DNA of 64,000 nucleotides, taken from Nitrospinaceae bacterium. GTDB taxonomy: Bacteria > Nitrospinota > Nitrospinia > Nitrospinales > Nitrospinaceae. The notes under the pieces are model-generated. The model saw only the letters and a program-made list of their open reading frames with translations, was not told the origin of the DNA and did no database searches. The stretch's first letter is position 1. The number at the start of each line of letters is the position of its first letter. Of the stretch, positions 1-10,131 are shown one piece after another. Location of the stretch: NCBI GenBank assembly GCA_965223665.1, contig OZ245011.1, forward strand, positions 2,528,001 to 2,592,000. The letters are read 5' to 3'. The position numbers were made by a program, and so were the translations under genes.

Positions 1-822
1 AACTTTGATGGTGAGCAGAAACTGGGGCAACCCATGATCAATTTTTCCATCGCACGAGATTGGGGGACTGTTGATTTTTTTATTTTACCTTATTTTCGAG
101 AACGTACCTTTCCCGGTCAAAAAGGACGACTCCGGTTCTCTCTACCAGTCGACACAGATCGCGCAATATATGAAAGTGGTGCTGAAGAATGGCACACTGA
201 CTTTGCTTTGCGTTACAGTCATACTTTTGGTGATTGGGATGTAGGCATTTACCATTTTGTCGGAACCAGCCGCGATCCCACTTTCCTGTTTAGAACCGAT
301 GGTTCTGGTAACCCCATAATTGTTCCTTTATATCAACAGATTAACCAGACCGGCCTAGATGTTTCCTACGTAATCGGCAACTGGCTATGGAAACTGGAGG
401 CGATTTACCGTATAGGACAAGGTGATTTACGGGGAGCAGCCACAAACAATTATTTTGCAGGAACGGGAGGTTTTGAGTATACCTTCACTGGAATATTTGG
501 AACACGTATGGACCTTGGAGTCATAGGCGAATATTTGTACGATGATCGGCAAAGCTTTGCAATAACCCCCTTTCAAAATGATGTGGCCCTGGGTTTTCGC
601 TTAGCCCTCAACGATGCAGCAAGTTCAGAAATTTTGTTTGGGTGGGTTCAAGATGTAAACTCGGACACACGATTTATTTTTGTAGAAGCCACCCGTCGTT
701 TCGGGGACCATGTAACGGTTGATTTAGAGGTAAGGACTTTCCTCAGCCAACCCCCCACCGACTTTCTCTTCGCCCTCCGTGATGACGATCTGGTCCAATT
801 GACTTTAAATTACTTTTTCTGA
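1..822 (+). CDS. Outer-membrane beta-barrel protein, C-terminal part (5' end outside window)
   Basis: Frame is open from base 1 (NFDGEQKLGQPM...). Alternating aromatic/polar beta-strand pattern and a C-terminal LTLNYFF BAM-type signal. Confidence 0.7.
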   Translation, partial: NFDGEQKLGQPMINFSIARDWGTVDFFILPYFRERTFPGQKGRLRFSLPVDTDRAIYESGAEEWHTDFALRYSHTFGDWDVGIYHFVGTSRDPTFLFRTDGSGNPIIVPLYQQINQTGLDVSYVIGNWLWKLEAIYRIGQGDLRGAATNNYFAGTGGFEYTFTGIFGTRMDLGVIGEYLYDDRQSFAITPFQNDVALGFRLALNDAASSEILFGWVQDVNSDTRFIFVEATRRFGDHVTVDLEVRTFLSQPPTDFLFALRDDDLVQLTLNYFF

Positions 823-1040
823 TTTTCTCAGTTTGTTTATTCCGGTTTGAAGTTTGAAGAAATTATTTTGAAAAGAGCTTTACAAACAATTTCTTTTTAA
901 GGAAGAGTGTTGAGTAAAAAAGAGAATATAATTCAAAAGGAGACCGAGTCTTTTCCAATAGATGATCAAGGCGTCAGAAAATAACTCTAGAGGCAAGGAG
1001 AACATAGTTCTTTAAAGGATTAATATATTTTTGTCTTTTT

Positions 1041-1901
1041 TTAAGCCCATTGTTTCTCCATCGAACACCACTCTGAGATAAAATCAATACCTCCAATTTT
1101 TTCTCCCGTATCGGCTAGAATCACATCCTTACCTATTTCTACCTGCTCGAATGTTGCTAGGTAAGCCGGCAATTTAAACTGTTTTCCTAAATGGCTTCCT
1201 TCAAGGTTCACCACAAAGCTTTGGTTTGAAATGCTTTGAATTCTTCCGTACATTTGGGTAGACTTACCTTCTTCCAAGTTTTCGGAAATATAGGTAATAT
1301 CTATCAGTATTTTTTTCCCTATCAAACTTTCAAAATTACCAATATTCTCTATTGTAATAAAATCAATTTCATCATAATAATTTTCCAGACAAAAATATGA
1401 AATCCAAAAACAATTCATGAGTTGCCCTAGACCGTCCAGATATTCTGAAAAGGATATTGAATTACCATTTTTCAAAATCAGTTTGAGACCATTCCCCGTT
1501 ATCTCTGGGTTCTCGATTTCATCCCATTGAATTAGAGTGGAAAATTTACTAAATGTTTTTTTTATCCATATACCTTCTGAGTCAAAGGATATTTCACGAA
1601 AATATAAAAAATAATAAAAATAAATTACAATTCCTGTAATCATCAGGTTCACAAAATAAGCACCAATTTCCTGTCCTTTATTGGATTGAGAAATTGCATA
1701 TTGGACACAAATGGCCCCAATCATAAATCCAAAAAAAATGACAAAAGCCTTTTTTCCTGGTTTTAAAGTAAACCAACCCAATTCACCTTGAATAGTAGAA
1801 GCTTTGATAAATCCACTTACTATCATCAAAAGGAGACTAAGACCAAGAAATACAAAAAAAATTAAACTATCAAATGGCATTGCTAGAATTTTATTTAACA
1901 C
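1041..1901 (-). CDS. Hypothetical membrane protein (3 N-terminal TM helices plus soluble C-terminal region)
   Basis: 286-aa ORF with three hydrophobic segments. Confidence 0.65.
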   Translation of the reverse strand: MLNKILAMPFDSLIFFVFLGLSLLLMIVSGFIKASTIQGELGWFTLKPGKKAFVIFFGFMIGAICVQYAISQSNKGQEIGAYFVNLMITGIVIYFYYFLYFREISFDSEGIWIKKTFSKFSTLIQWDEIENPEITGNGLKLILKNGNSISFSEYLDGLGQLMNCFWISYFCLENYYDEIDFITIENIGNFESLIGKKILIDITYISENLEEGKSTQMYGRIQSISNQSFVVNLEGSHLGKQFKLPAYLATFEQVEIGKDVILADTGEKIGGIDFISEWCSMEKQWA

Positions 1902-2015
1902 TTTTTCCTTAAATTATTATCCCATTAAATTTTCAATTACTCGGAGCATTCCATTGGGGGAAAAAAAATTTATCCCTTATTTTTTTGCGCTCAGGATTGG
2001 ATATTTAATTAACAG

Positions 2016-2055
2016 AATAAAAGGGGCTTGGCATATTTGCCAAGCCCCTTTTATT
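2016..2055 (-). terminator. Intrinsic (probably bidirectional) terminator downstream of tRNA-Leu
   Basis: Inverted repeat AATAAAAGGGGCTTGGCA-tatt-TGCCAAGCCCCTTTTATT flanked by A/T tracts, directly after the tRNA 3' end. Confidence 0.85.
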
Positions 2056-2059
2056 TTTA

Positions 2060-2146
2060 TGGTGCGAGGGGCGGGAATCGAACCCGCACGAGGTTGCCCT
2101 CACAGGATTTTAAGTCCTGGGCGTCTACCAGTTCCGCCACCCTCGC
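2060..2146 (-). tRNA. tRNA-Leu(TAA)
   Basis: Reverse complement reads GCGAGGGTGGCGGAACTGGTAGACGCCCAGGACTTAAAATCCTGTGAGGGCAACCTCGTGCGGGTTCGATTCCCGCCCCTCGCACCA: anticodon TAA, long variable arm, encoded CCA. Confidence 0.97.
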
Positions 2147-2469
2147 TCAATCAGCGATATTCACTTTGGTAAGAAGTATAGCTTCCCCGAATGAGGTCCG
2201 GGGATTTTTTTACTGCTTTTAAGCACTGAAAATCCATTACAATTATCATTAGATTCTCAAGTTAGGCTGGAAATGTATCAGTTTTTGTGAAATATTCAAC
2301 CCTTGTTTGACATCGAATTGAATCTTGCCCTCCAACCCTGCATCTAAAGAGGTACTTGATTTTCAATTTTACCTCAATCCTTCAAAATTTCTACAATTGA
2401 GGTTCAAAGAATATACAAAAAAGTATAAACCATCTGTTCAAAACAGAATAATTTACGAGAATATATATT

Positions 2470-3078
2470 ATGAATACAACCCGTCGTTTTACAGTAGTCG
2501 CTACTGAGCCCACTCCTAATCCTGCTGCCTATAAATTTAACGTAAATGGCACCATCATTGCGGAGGGATCTAAAGCTTATAATAATGAATCGGAAGCCGA
2601 GGGTGATCCGTTTGCCGAGCAAATTTTTTCTTTTGGTGTGGTCGACTTTATCTTTATTCAGGGCCGTTTTGTTTCGGTAACTCTCACCTCTGCGGAGGAA
2701 TGGGAATTGTTAATGGATCCCATGATCGAAGCCATTGAAGAAAACCTTATCCCCTATAATACTGGTTCTGAGAGGGAATCTAAAAAACCTTCTATTTTAG
2801 AAAAAGTGGACCTGGACAAGTTTGATGAATACCCTGATGATGAAAAAGCGGACATCATTGATGCCTATATGGATGAAACCGTTCGGCCAGCATTAGCGGG
2901 CGACGGGGGCGGGTTAATCGTAATGGGTGTGGAAGACAATGTCGTTAAAATACGATACCAGGGAGCTTGCGGCAGTTGCTCTAAATCCCAAACCAGCACC
3001 TTAGGTGCAATTCAAAGTATTCTAAAAAATAAACTCAGTGATAAATTATCCGTTGTCATCGGGGGTTTTATGGATTAA
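2470..3078 (+). CDS. Nfu/NifU-family Fe-S carrier (Nfu N-terminal domain plus NifU C-terminal CxxC domain)
   Basis: N-terminal EPTPNPAAYKF; C-terminal VRPALAGDGG...YQGACGSC. Confidence 0.88.
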   Translation: MNTTRRFTVVATEPTPNPAAYKFNVNGTIIAEGSKAYNNESEAEGDPFAEQIFSFGVVDFIFIQGRFVSVTLTSAEEWELLMDPMIEAIEENLIPYNTGSERESKKPSILEKVDLDKFDEYPDDEKADIIDAYMDETVRPALAGDGGGLIVMGVEDNVVKIRYQGACGSCSKSQTSTLGAIQSILKNKLSDKLSVVIGGFMD

Positions 3079-3159
3079 AAATCTAAAATCCATAATTTCC
3101 ATAAACTAAAAGAATCTGTTCACAATTCAATTGGTATACGGTACCACCTTGAAATTCTT

Positions 3160-3999
3160 ATGAGAGATCCAAAGCGAATTTTGCAAAAGATTTTTGGGAA
3201 ATCCGTAGATTTACAACCCTTTGAAAAATCAGGAGAACCTTTAGACCTTTTAGTTGAAACTTTGCGCGAGGTCCAGCGTTGCCGAAAGTTTAAACAATGG
3301 CTTAAAGACCATACTGGAATAGAAGCTGCCCTACCTCCCAAGTCTTTTCAAGAGCTTTTAAAAATTCCCGAAATTAATTTCTCAGAAACAGCGGACAGAA
3401 ATTTAGATATCCATCAAACCTCTCTATTAGAAACAAGAAACCCTGAAGATCCCGTTTCCATCGCTAACCTAAACACTTTCTTGAGAGAATTATTTAAAGA
3501 TCTAAACAATTTAAATGAATTAAAAACAAAAGAGCATTCGCAATTAAGATTAGTAGAAACTATGTCAGGGGATTTGGTAGAACGAGTAACATTTTATATT
3601 CAAAAATTGCAGCAATTGGATTTAAGAGGCGTGGGTTATTTGCTAACCGGATTCAGTGCTAAAAAAATTGAAAACCAGTTTCAAAAACTATTTCCAGATG
3701 CTAGCGGAGTACATCCCCTAAGAAAACATATAAGTAAGGTGCAACTTGAATTAGGATTTTATCACTTATGCTTAGAACTAAATATTAAATGGGCGGTCAC
3801 AGGTATGGATTTGTTTTCTATTTTAAGAAAAAATATACTCCATCAGGTTATTCAAAATACTGGAGAATTGGGTAACAGTATTTGGAACCTGGTTTATAAC
3901 GGAATGAAGTTACCCATTTGCCTTGAAATAGTGGGCATCAAGTTCGATGACGCACAAACCATATTTGATGAACAACAGGTTCCACTTACCAATGCCTGA
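3160..3999 (+). CDS. Hypothetical protein
   Basis: 279-aa ORF with no recognised motif. Confidence 0.6.
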   Translation: MRDPKRILQKIFGKSVDLQPFEKSGEPLDLLVETLREVQRCRKFKQWLKDHTGIEAALPPKSFQELLKIPEINFSETADRNLDIHQTSLLETRNPEDPVSIANLNTFLRELFKDLNNLNELKTKEHSQLRLVETMSGDLVERVTFYIQKLQQLDLRGVGYLLTGFSAKKIENQFQKLFPDASGVHPLRKHISKVQLELGFYHLCLELNIKWAVTGMDLFSILRKNILHQVIQNTGELGNSIWNLVYNGMKLPICLEIVGIKFDDAQTIFDEQQVPLTNA

Positions 4000-4036
4000 C
4001 TGCAAAGTTTAACAACCCCACAGCAGGCTACCTTTT

Positions 4037-4597
4037 TTAAAGATGCCCGCTGGTTTTAACTTGAAATCCTTCCACTTTATCCATTAACAACTGTTTGATG
4101 TTTGTCAGTTTCTTTGCTTCCAATAAAGCATTTTTACCTTCATCTTTTATTTTATTGAGACGAACATCCAATCGGACCAAATTTGTAAATAACGGAAGAA
4201 ATTTAGCGAGCATTTTTGCTCCCTCATCACCAAAATTATTGTCGGACAGTGTTAAATTTTGCAGACTCAAAAGATTATCAGAGACTGCCAGAAATTTTAT
4301 TCCGTCATTTCCCAAATTGTTGTAAAACAGATTGAGAGAAGTCAGGTTCACTAAATATTTTGATTGGGTCAGACTTTTCATTCCTTTCGGACCTATCAAA
4401 TTGGTACCCAATTCCAGTGTTCTTAAATCTTTCAAAAACTCCATGTTGGCAATATCTTTAGCACCATATTCTTTTAAATAGGCCGCCGTGAGGTCAAGGG
4501 TTTTGCCATCACTACTCAATTCGGATTTAACTAAATCCACCGTTTCTTGGAAGGCACGGTTTTGTCCCTTTGCTTCCCGATTCAGTGAAGTATCCAT
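4037..4597 (-). CDS. Leucine-rich repeat protein (RI-like/GALA-type, about 28-aa repeats)
   Basis: Repeats NLIGPKGMKSL, NNLGNDGIKFL, NNFGDEGAKML, NKIKDEGKNAL; GGAGG RBS upstream. Confidence 0.85.
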   Translation of the reverse strand: MDTSLNREAKGQNRAFQETVDLVKSELSSDGKTLDLTAAYLKEYGAKDIANMEFLKDLRTLELGTNLIGPKGMKSLTQSKYLVNLTSLNLFYNNLGNDGIKFLAVSDNLLSLQNLTLSDNNFGDEGAKMLAKFLPLFTNLVRLDVRLNKIKDEGKNALLEAKKLTNIKQLLMDKVEGFQVKTSGHL

Positions 4598-4788
4598 AAA
4601 AAACTACCTCCTAAAATACATTTATTTTTGGCCTATGGCCCTGTCAACCAACTGTAATAATTGAGACCTTCCGTTTCTCTATTTCTTTATAAATAGAGGG
4701 TTGTAAGGCTCCCATTTGTTCACCAAGGGCTCCAAAAAAGAAAAACTTAAGGTTTGGAACCGTTTTCTTGGTTTTCTCCCTCAAACTT

Positions 4789-4797
4789 TGCTATGAT
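4789..4797 (+). promoter_or_regulatory. Putative extended -10 promoter (TGcTATGAT) for nuoB
   Basis: TGnTATGAT about 50 nt upstream of the ATG at 4848. Confidence 0.45.
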
Positions 4798-4847
4798 ACG
4801 GCTTGCTATTTTAACCCGAACTATAGGATTTGAGGAGACTTTTTCTG

Positions 4848-5381
4848 ATGTCTAACTTAAGCCAGTCCGAACTGGAAGTCAGTCTCGGGAACAATGTTAT
4901 TGTGACCCAGATGACCCAAGCCGTCAACTGGGCTCGAAAATATTCTTTCTTTATTTATCCATTTATTACTGCTTGTTGCGGGATGGAATTTATGTCTGTA
5001 GCTGGCCCACGCTATGATTTAGATCGATTTGGGGCCGCTTTTCCGCGGTTTTCACCCCGGCAGGCCGATTTATTGATGGTAGTGGGTACCATCAGCCATA
5101 AACAAGCTCCTATTTTGGTTAAAGTTTACAATCAAATGACTGAACCGAAATGGGTTGTAGCTTATGGCGTATGTACCGTATCTGGCGGATTTTACGATAA
5201 TTATTCCACTGTAATGGGAATAGACACCTTAATTCCGGTGGATGTTTATATTCCGGGGTGTCCTCCAAGACCGGAAATGGTCATCGATGCACTCATTAAA
5301 CTGCAGGATAAAGTTCAACAAGAAACTTTGGCAGACCATGTAAAAGGTCCTGCTTTAGTCACTCCCCCTGAGCGTTTATAG
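4848..5381 (+). CDS. nuoB: NADH-quinone oxidoreductase subunit B (stand-alone)
   Basis: Motifs TACCGME, SPRQAD, EPKWVVAYGVC, VDVYIPGCPPRPE. ATG at 4848 follows a GAGGAG RBS. Confidence 0.93.
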   Translation: MSNLSQSELEVSLGNNVIVTQMTQAVNWARKYSFFIYPFITACCGMEFMSVAGPRYDLDRFGAAFPRFSPRQADLLMVVGTISHKQAPILVKVYNQMTEPKWVVAYGVCTVSGGFYDNYSTVMGIDTLIPVDVYIPGCPPRPEMVIDALIKLQDKVQQETLADHVKGPALVTPPERL

Positions 5382-5409
5382 GTAAGGAGTTATTTCCTCC
5401 AAACAGCGT

Positions 5410-6708
5410 TTACTCCCGATCCAAATGGATCGGGAGTTTTTTTATAGTTTGAATAAATTTTTCCGCCGCTTGTTTTTCTAAAACTGAAAAATTGGGATTC
5501 AGGCTCATTTTTTCCACCCCTTTCAATTTACGCTTCAAATATTCCTGAAAATCATTCTGAGCCGACTCCGGAATCGATAAGTTTACCTTTCCATTAGGAT
5601 AAATAAACATTTCTCTTAAAAAATTAAAATAGAGAACTCTTCTTTTTTTTCGATTTAAAATTTTTAAACCATGCCGCAAATGCATCATGAATTCATTTTT
5701 TCTATCGATTCGGTAAGCTAATCTTGTGTTATCATCTTTCTCCATTTGACCGAAATATAAGGATTTTGCTTGTTTCAATTTTTCTGAATTTAAATCCACT
5801 GTAGGGACGGGGAGCAATTTAACAGCCGCAATATCTAATAGTAAAGAAGCAATTCCCGTGCGCCTGGTCCAGTAAGCGGCTTCCAACGGTTGACTTCGAT
5901 ATAGTCGACTGACTTCTTTTAATAGAGGTTCTAATTTATGGATCGCCTTGGTTAAGGATTCAATTTCAGGGGAGTGGTTTTTTCTAATAAACCATTGCAC
6001 CTCACGCGGCACCTTAGATTGCTCCCTATAAGGTTGGGCAAAATAATCATCCAATATTTGATCCAATTCCGAAACCCAAAATGCCTGGACAACATCCACA
6101 AAATACGGAAAATTTAATATTAAAAATTGTGGATTCGCTTTGAGGTTTAACCCATAAGCTTCAAGTTCATTAACTGCGCCGAGGAAAGGCTGAGACAGGT
6201 GCAACAACTCATGCAAATGAGTGGCCTCCCCATAAACTTTAGAGTCAATAATAATACTGGAAGGAAACACTCTGATGGTTTCAAAGGTAGCATGCGCCAA
6301 TTGACCAGGTCGCAATAGCTGGTTTCCATACGGTTGGATAATATATTGTTTGAGGGAAAGGGATTTTACTTCTTCAGGAAAAAACTTTTTTAATCGTTTG
6401 AGTACCCTGTGTATCCTTTGTTCCGCACTTTTTGCCAATTCTTCTGCTTTATGACATCGAGAACACTTATAGTCATAAAAACCAGGAATCAAAACCGTCG
6501 ATTCCAGGTCATCTCGAAGTGGAAAAGAATAATTATAGGTTTCTAATTTCTCTCCCGTATTCTGAGGGTCCCGATGAGGAGAATGAATTTCTAATAAGGA
6601 ATTTAACTCTCCAATCCCTATAGCAATTTCCTGCGCAAATGCGACGGAACAAACACTTCCGCAAAAAAATAAAATACACAAAAAAGAAATTCTAAATGTT
6701 GCTCGCAA
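5410..6708 (-). CDS. Exported hypothetical protein with a CxxCH haem-binding motif and an HExxH motif
   Basis: Signal peptide (VAFA-QE), YKCSRCHK, HLHELLH...NELEAY. Start abuts the stop of the upstream cytochrome gene. Confidence 0.7.
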   Translation of the reverse strand: MRATFRISFLCILFFCGSVCSVAFAQEIAIGIGELNSLLEIHSPHRDPQNTGEKLETYNYSFPLRDDLESTVLIPGFYDYKCSRCHKAEELAKSAEQRIHRVLKRLKKFFPEEVKSLSLKQYIIQPYGNQLLRPGQLAHATFETIRVFPSSIIIDSKVYGEATHLHELLHLSQPFLGAVNELEAYGLNLKANPQFLILNFPYFVDVVQAFWVSELDQILDDYFAQPYREQSKVPREVQWFIRKNHSPEIESLTKAIHKLEPLLKEVSRLYRSQPLEAAYWTRRTGIASLLLDIAAVKLLPVPTVDLNSEKLKQAKSLYFGQMEKDDNTRLAYRIDRKNEFMMHLRHGLKILNRKKRRVLYFNFLREMFIYPNGKVNLSIPESAQNDFQEYLKRKLKGVEKMSLNPNFSVLEKQAAEKFIQTIKKLPIHLDRE

Positions 6709-8523
6709 TTAACCGCCCTGCCCCTTCGGGGTGGGAGTTTCTGATTTTACGTTTAAGCGTTGCCATACGCTCACTACCTTACGTCCATTACGATCTTCTT
6801 TTACGCCATCCCATACAGCCAAAGCTACTAAGATAGGTTCTTTTTTAACAAAATTTGCATCCCACTTATTTGCGCTGGCCATATCTCTGAGAAATACTAC
6901 CGTCCATTCACCATCCTTCCAAGTTCCATAACCTTCAACATTTTGAAGCTCGGGTCTTTGGGGCGTGATGGTTCCAAATCCCTCAGCATTTAATTCTTCA
7001 ACTGAATTTTGAGAAGTAGAATTTAATTTAGAAATTGGATTGGACATAACCCCTCCAAAAATCAGAGCATCCATATCCACCCCACCGGTTGAATATTCTG
7101 AGTCTTCAGTTGCTTCCAAAGTTTCCTCCAATCCAGCCTTCCAATGCCATATGTTAACTGGCTTACCGCGATTGCCCATTCCAAAAAAAGGTTCATTATG
7201 ACCATGTGTATGCAATGTCACATCACCTAAAGCAAATTGAACAGCGACTCCATCGCGGAAAATATCTCCTCGATTTTCAATAAAGCCATCCTTAGTGGGA
7301 TCTTTCCATTTAAGACGTATAGCTAATTGCTCTCCATTATTAACAGAAGAAAAGTTAACAATTTCTACCGCACCCCTTCTAGCAGACAGAGGTCGCAAAA
7401 CTAAATTTACTGACTTTATGTCTTTCCAGACCGGGCTTTCCGGATTAGTATCCAATTCATAGGGTACATATTGAGAGTAAACATCAGATTCAAATTCTCC
7501 CTTAGAAAACCCTTTAACAAACCGTGACCGAATATAATGAACCAAAGCCCAACGGTCTTCCTCAGATAAATTCGAGTAAGAGTTCATGGGGGTGCCATCT
7601 AATCCGGTAGAAATGGTTTTAAAAATGGCTTTGGGATCATGACCCGCTTTAAAATAATTGGGATTGGTAATGTCATGAACAAACACTGCATGTTTCCAGG
7701 CGTCCATCAATGAATCCGCCAATCGACCATCTCCTTTACCACCGTCGCCATGACAATCATTACATTTGTTTTTAAAATAGAGCTTTTTACCCTTTGTAAT
7801 CATTTCATCTGATGAAGGAATAGGATTTATTTTAATAGAATCTCCAGGGGGATCACTGCGAAATCGATCTGAAAAGCTTTTAATTAAATTGACTAAAGCC
7901 CAAGTATCTTCAGGAGACAATGCCTCACCCCACGCGGGCATAGAAGTATTTGGTACTCCATTAACAATAGTACGATATAAATCTTCATCTCTTGGTAATG
8001 TCCCAGTAGGTGTAGATCTAAATTTAAATATACCTTTGCGAAAATCGCGCGGCCATGGATATAAATAGTCAGTGGCCGTACCGCCACCATTTCCATCTCT
8101 TCCATGACAATACACACACATGTGTAAATATATGTTGCGCCCACGAGCCAAGAGAGCTTGCGCTTTGGTTTTGGGTTTTTGTATTTTTTCTAAATCATGA
8201 GCCCCGCGCGTTCGAAAAGGATCATTACCTTTCATACTCATACCGCCATGATCCATGCTGCCATGGTCCATATGACCGCCGTGGTCCATGGGCTCAGGCG
8301 CTTCTTCAACATATTCCGAACCGGGTTCAGTTTTTTTATCCTCTCCAAACCCAATCATACCCTCAGGTTTTGGAGCTAATTTTTCTAAATCATGCTTATG
8401 CTTCTCTTCTCCATGGGAAAACACAATGTTTGGAAAACATAAAAAAAGCCCTGCAATCCATAAAACCAGCAGGGCAATACTTTTGCCAAAACCCATTCCG
8501 GGTAAAATTTTTATCATAACCAC
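6709..8523 (-). CDS. Dihaem c-type cytochrome fused to an ethylbenzene-dehydrogenase-gamma/DOMON-like haem b domain (NxrC-like candidate)
   Basis: CVYCH and CNDCH motifs, PWPRDF..G.FKFRSTP, and a C-terminal domain with LAIRLKWKD, FRDGVAVQF, FGMG..GKPVNIWHWKA, AVWDG..EDRNG.K. Confidence 0.85.
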   Translation of the reverse strand: MVMIKILPGMGFGKSIALLVLWIAGLFLCFPNIVFSHGEEKHKHDLEKLAPKPEGMIGFGEDKKTEPGSEYVEEAPEPMDHGGHMDHGSMDHGGMSMKGNDPFRTRGAHDLEKIQKPKTKAQALLARGRNIYLHMCVYCHGRDGNGGGTATDYLYPWPRDFRKGIFKFRSTPTGTLPRDEDLYRTIVNGVPNTSMPAWGEALSPEDTWALVNLIKSFSDRFRSDPPGDSIKINPIPSSDEMITKGKKLYFKNKCNDCHGDGGKGDGRLADSLMDAWKHAVFVHDITNPNYFKAGHDPKAIFKTISTGLDGTPMNSYSNLSEEDRWALVHYIRSRFVKGFSKGEFESDVYSQYVPYELDTNPESPVWKDIKSVNLVLRPLSARRGAVEIVNFSSVNNGEQLAIRLKWKDPTKDGFIENRGDIFRDGVAVQFALGDVTLHTHGHNEPFFGMGNRGKPVNIWHWKAGLEETLEATEDSEYSTGGVDMDALIFGGVMSNPISKLNSTSQNSVEELNAEGFGTITPQRPELQNVEGYGTWKDGEWTVVFLRDMASANKWDANFVKKEPILVALAVWDGVKEDRNGRKVVSVWQRLNVKSETPTPKGQGG

Positions 8524-8557
8524 GACCTCTTGATTTGAGGAAAATTTGTTTTATCAA

Positions 8558-9061
8558 TTATTTGTCAGAACGAACCATAATGACGCCCTGATCCAAATCA
8601 GCTAAATCTTTCAAATTAAAATAATCTTCTTGTTGGCCCAACCCAAAATACCAGGCATTATCTAAATTTCTTTCATCGCCAGACCATACATAATAGCTTC
8701 CACCCTTAGAAAATACCTTGGGAAGCCCAATAGGTTCATTGTCTTTACTAAAATTTGGAACCTGTGGATCCCATATTTCCCTAAGTTCTTTCATTGAAGG
8801 AAGCCTCCAATTACTATGACCTGCAAACTTTTCAGAATTTTTCTTATCTACATATTCCAATGCATCATACCAATTCATACCCTTTTTTACTTCATGGTAA
8901 GAATCTGCTTTTTGCCATATAAGTCCAGTTTTAGTATCCAATATTGTTCCTTTTCCATTTTCTTTAAACCGAGGTGAATCCGCAAAAGAAAAGGAAGCCA
9001 TTACAAGAAGTAAAACAAGGAGGGAAGTCCAACCGAGAATTCCATTGTAAAATCTTTTCAT
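8558..9061 (-). CDS. DUF1566 (Lcl C-terminal-like) domain exported protein
   Basis: Signal peptide; GTILDTKTGLIWQ, MNWYDA..Y, FAGHSNWRLPSMKEL. Confidence 0.85.
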   Translation of the reverse strand: MKRFYNGILGWTSLLVLLLVMASFSFADSPRFKENGKGTILDTKTGLIWQKADSYHEVKKGMNWYDALEYVDKKNSEKFAGHSNWRLPSMKELREIWDPQVPNFSKDNEPIGLPKVFSKGGSYYVWSGDERNLDNAWYFGLGQQEDYFNLKDLADLDQGVIMVRSDK

Positions 9062-9163
9062 AATAGAGAAATAATTTAATTAATAGGTTAAATTTCTTTT
9101 ATTATACTAATCGGCCACGACCAAACAAACCCTTTTTATTTCCAAAAATTCAAGGGAAAATCT

Positions 9164-9916
9164 ATGAAAATTACAATCCTTGGTTCAGGAACAGCTTTCC
9201 CCGATTTAAATCGTAATTCGGCAGGAGTCCTCATTGAAAATGAAGGGATTTATTCATTAGTGGATTTCGGATATGGAAATGTTCATCAACTTTTAAGACT
9301 GGGCATTTCTTATCGCAATCTGGATCAAATCTTTTTTACACATCATCACCCTGATCATATGTGCGATTTGATTTATTTCCTTTTTGGTAGCAAATACCCC
9401 TTAGACCCAAGAATCAAGGATTTAAAAATCATTGCAGGACCTGGATTTAATTCTTATTTTAACAATTTGATGGAAGCGTTTAACGGGTGGCTAACTCCAG
9501 ATTCATATAATATTGAAATTATTGAACATGATCAGGGAACCCAAAAGTTTAATAACCTTTTAGTAACTGCGGGAGAAGTATCACATATTGAAATGAGTCG
9601 AGCTTTTCGATTTGAAGACACCACGGGAAAAAGTTGCGTCATTTCAGGTGATACTGATTACAGCCAAGATTTGGTAAAACTTTCAGAAAAGGTCGACTTA
9701 TTGATTCTGGAATGCTCTACACCGGATTCCATGAAAATACCTAAACATCTCACTCCTAAGTTATGTGGCCAAATTGCAAGAGAATCACAATGCAGGAAGT
9801 TACTCCTCACCCATTTCTACCCCTCCCATAATATAGAAGATGTAGAACAAGCCTGTAGAACGGAATACAATGGAGATATTATTATTTCTGAAGATTTGAC
9901 CGTAGCTGAGATTTAA
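9164..9916 (+). CDS. MBL-fold metallo-hydrolase (RNase Z/BN-like)
   Basis: ILGSG, VDFG, THHHPDHMCD (HxHxDH), ISGDT, LILEC, KHLTP, LLTHFYP. Confidence 0.88.
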   Translation: MKITILGSGTAFPDLNRNSAGVLIENEGIYSLVDFGYGNVHQLLRLGISYRNLDQIFFTHHHPDHMCDLIYFLFGSKYPLDPRIKDLKIIAGPGFNSYFNNLMEAFNGWLTPDSYNIEIIEHDQGTQKFNNLLVTAGEVSHIEMSRAFRFEDTTGKSCVISGDTDYSQDLVKLSEKVDLLILECSTPDSMKIPKHLTPKLCGQIARESQCRKLLLTHFYPSHNIEDVEQACRTEYNGDIIISEDLTVAEI

Positions 9917-10131
9917 GTTTTTCCTCACCTCTTTTAGCGTAAATAACGACACAATTTGTCACCCGAAGCTTCTAAAAGGCCTTGTCAGACAATAATTGTC
10001 GTTAATTCTCAACCAAAAAGTTCCATTAAATTTACATTTAAATTTTTTTGAAATTTTTTCATGCCTCAAAGGGATTAGAATTTGGTAATTAACAAACAAT
10101 CCTCATGCGGTTCCAATAAAATCTATAAATT

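Noticed and set aside
1804-2222. ORFs 1804-2172 and 2028-2222
   Set aside because: They overlap tRNA-Leu and its terminator on the opposite strand and are spurious.
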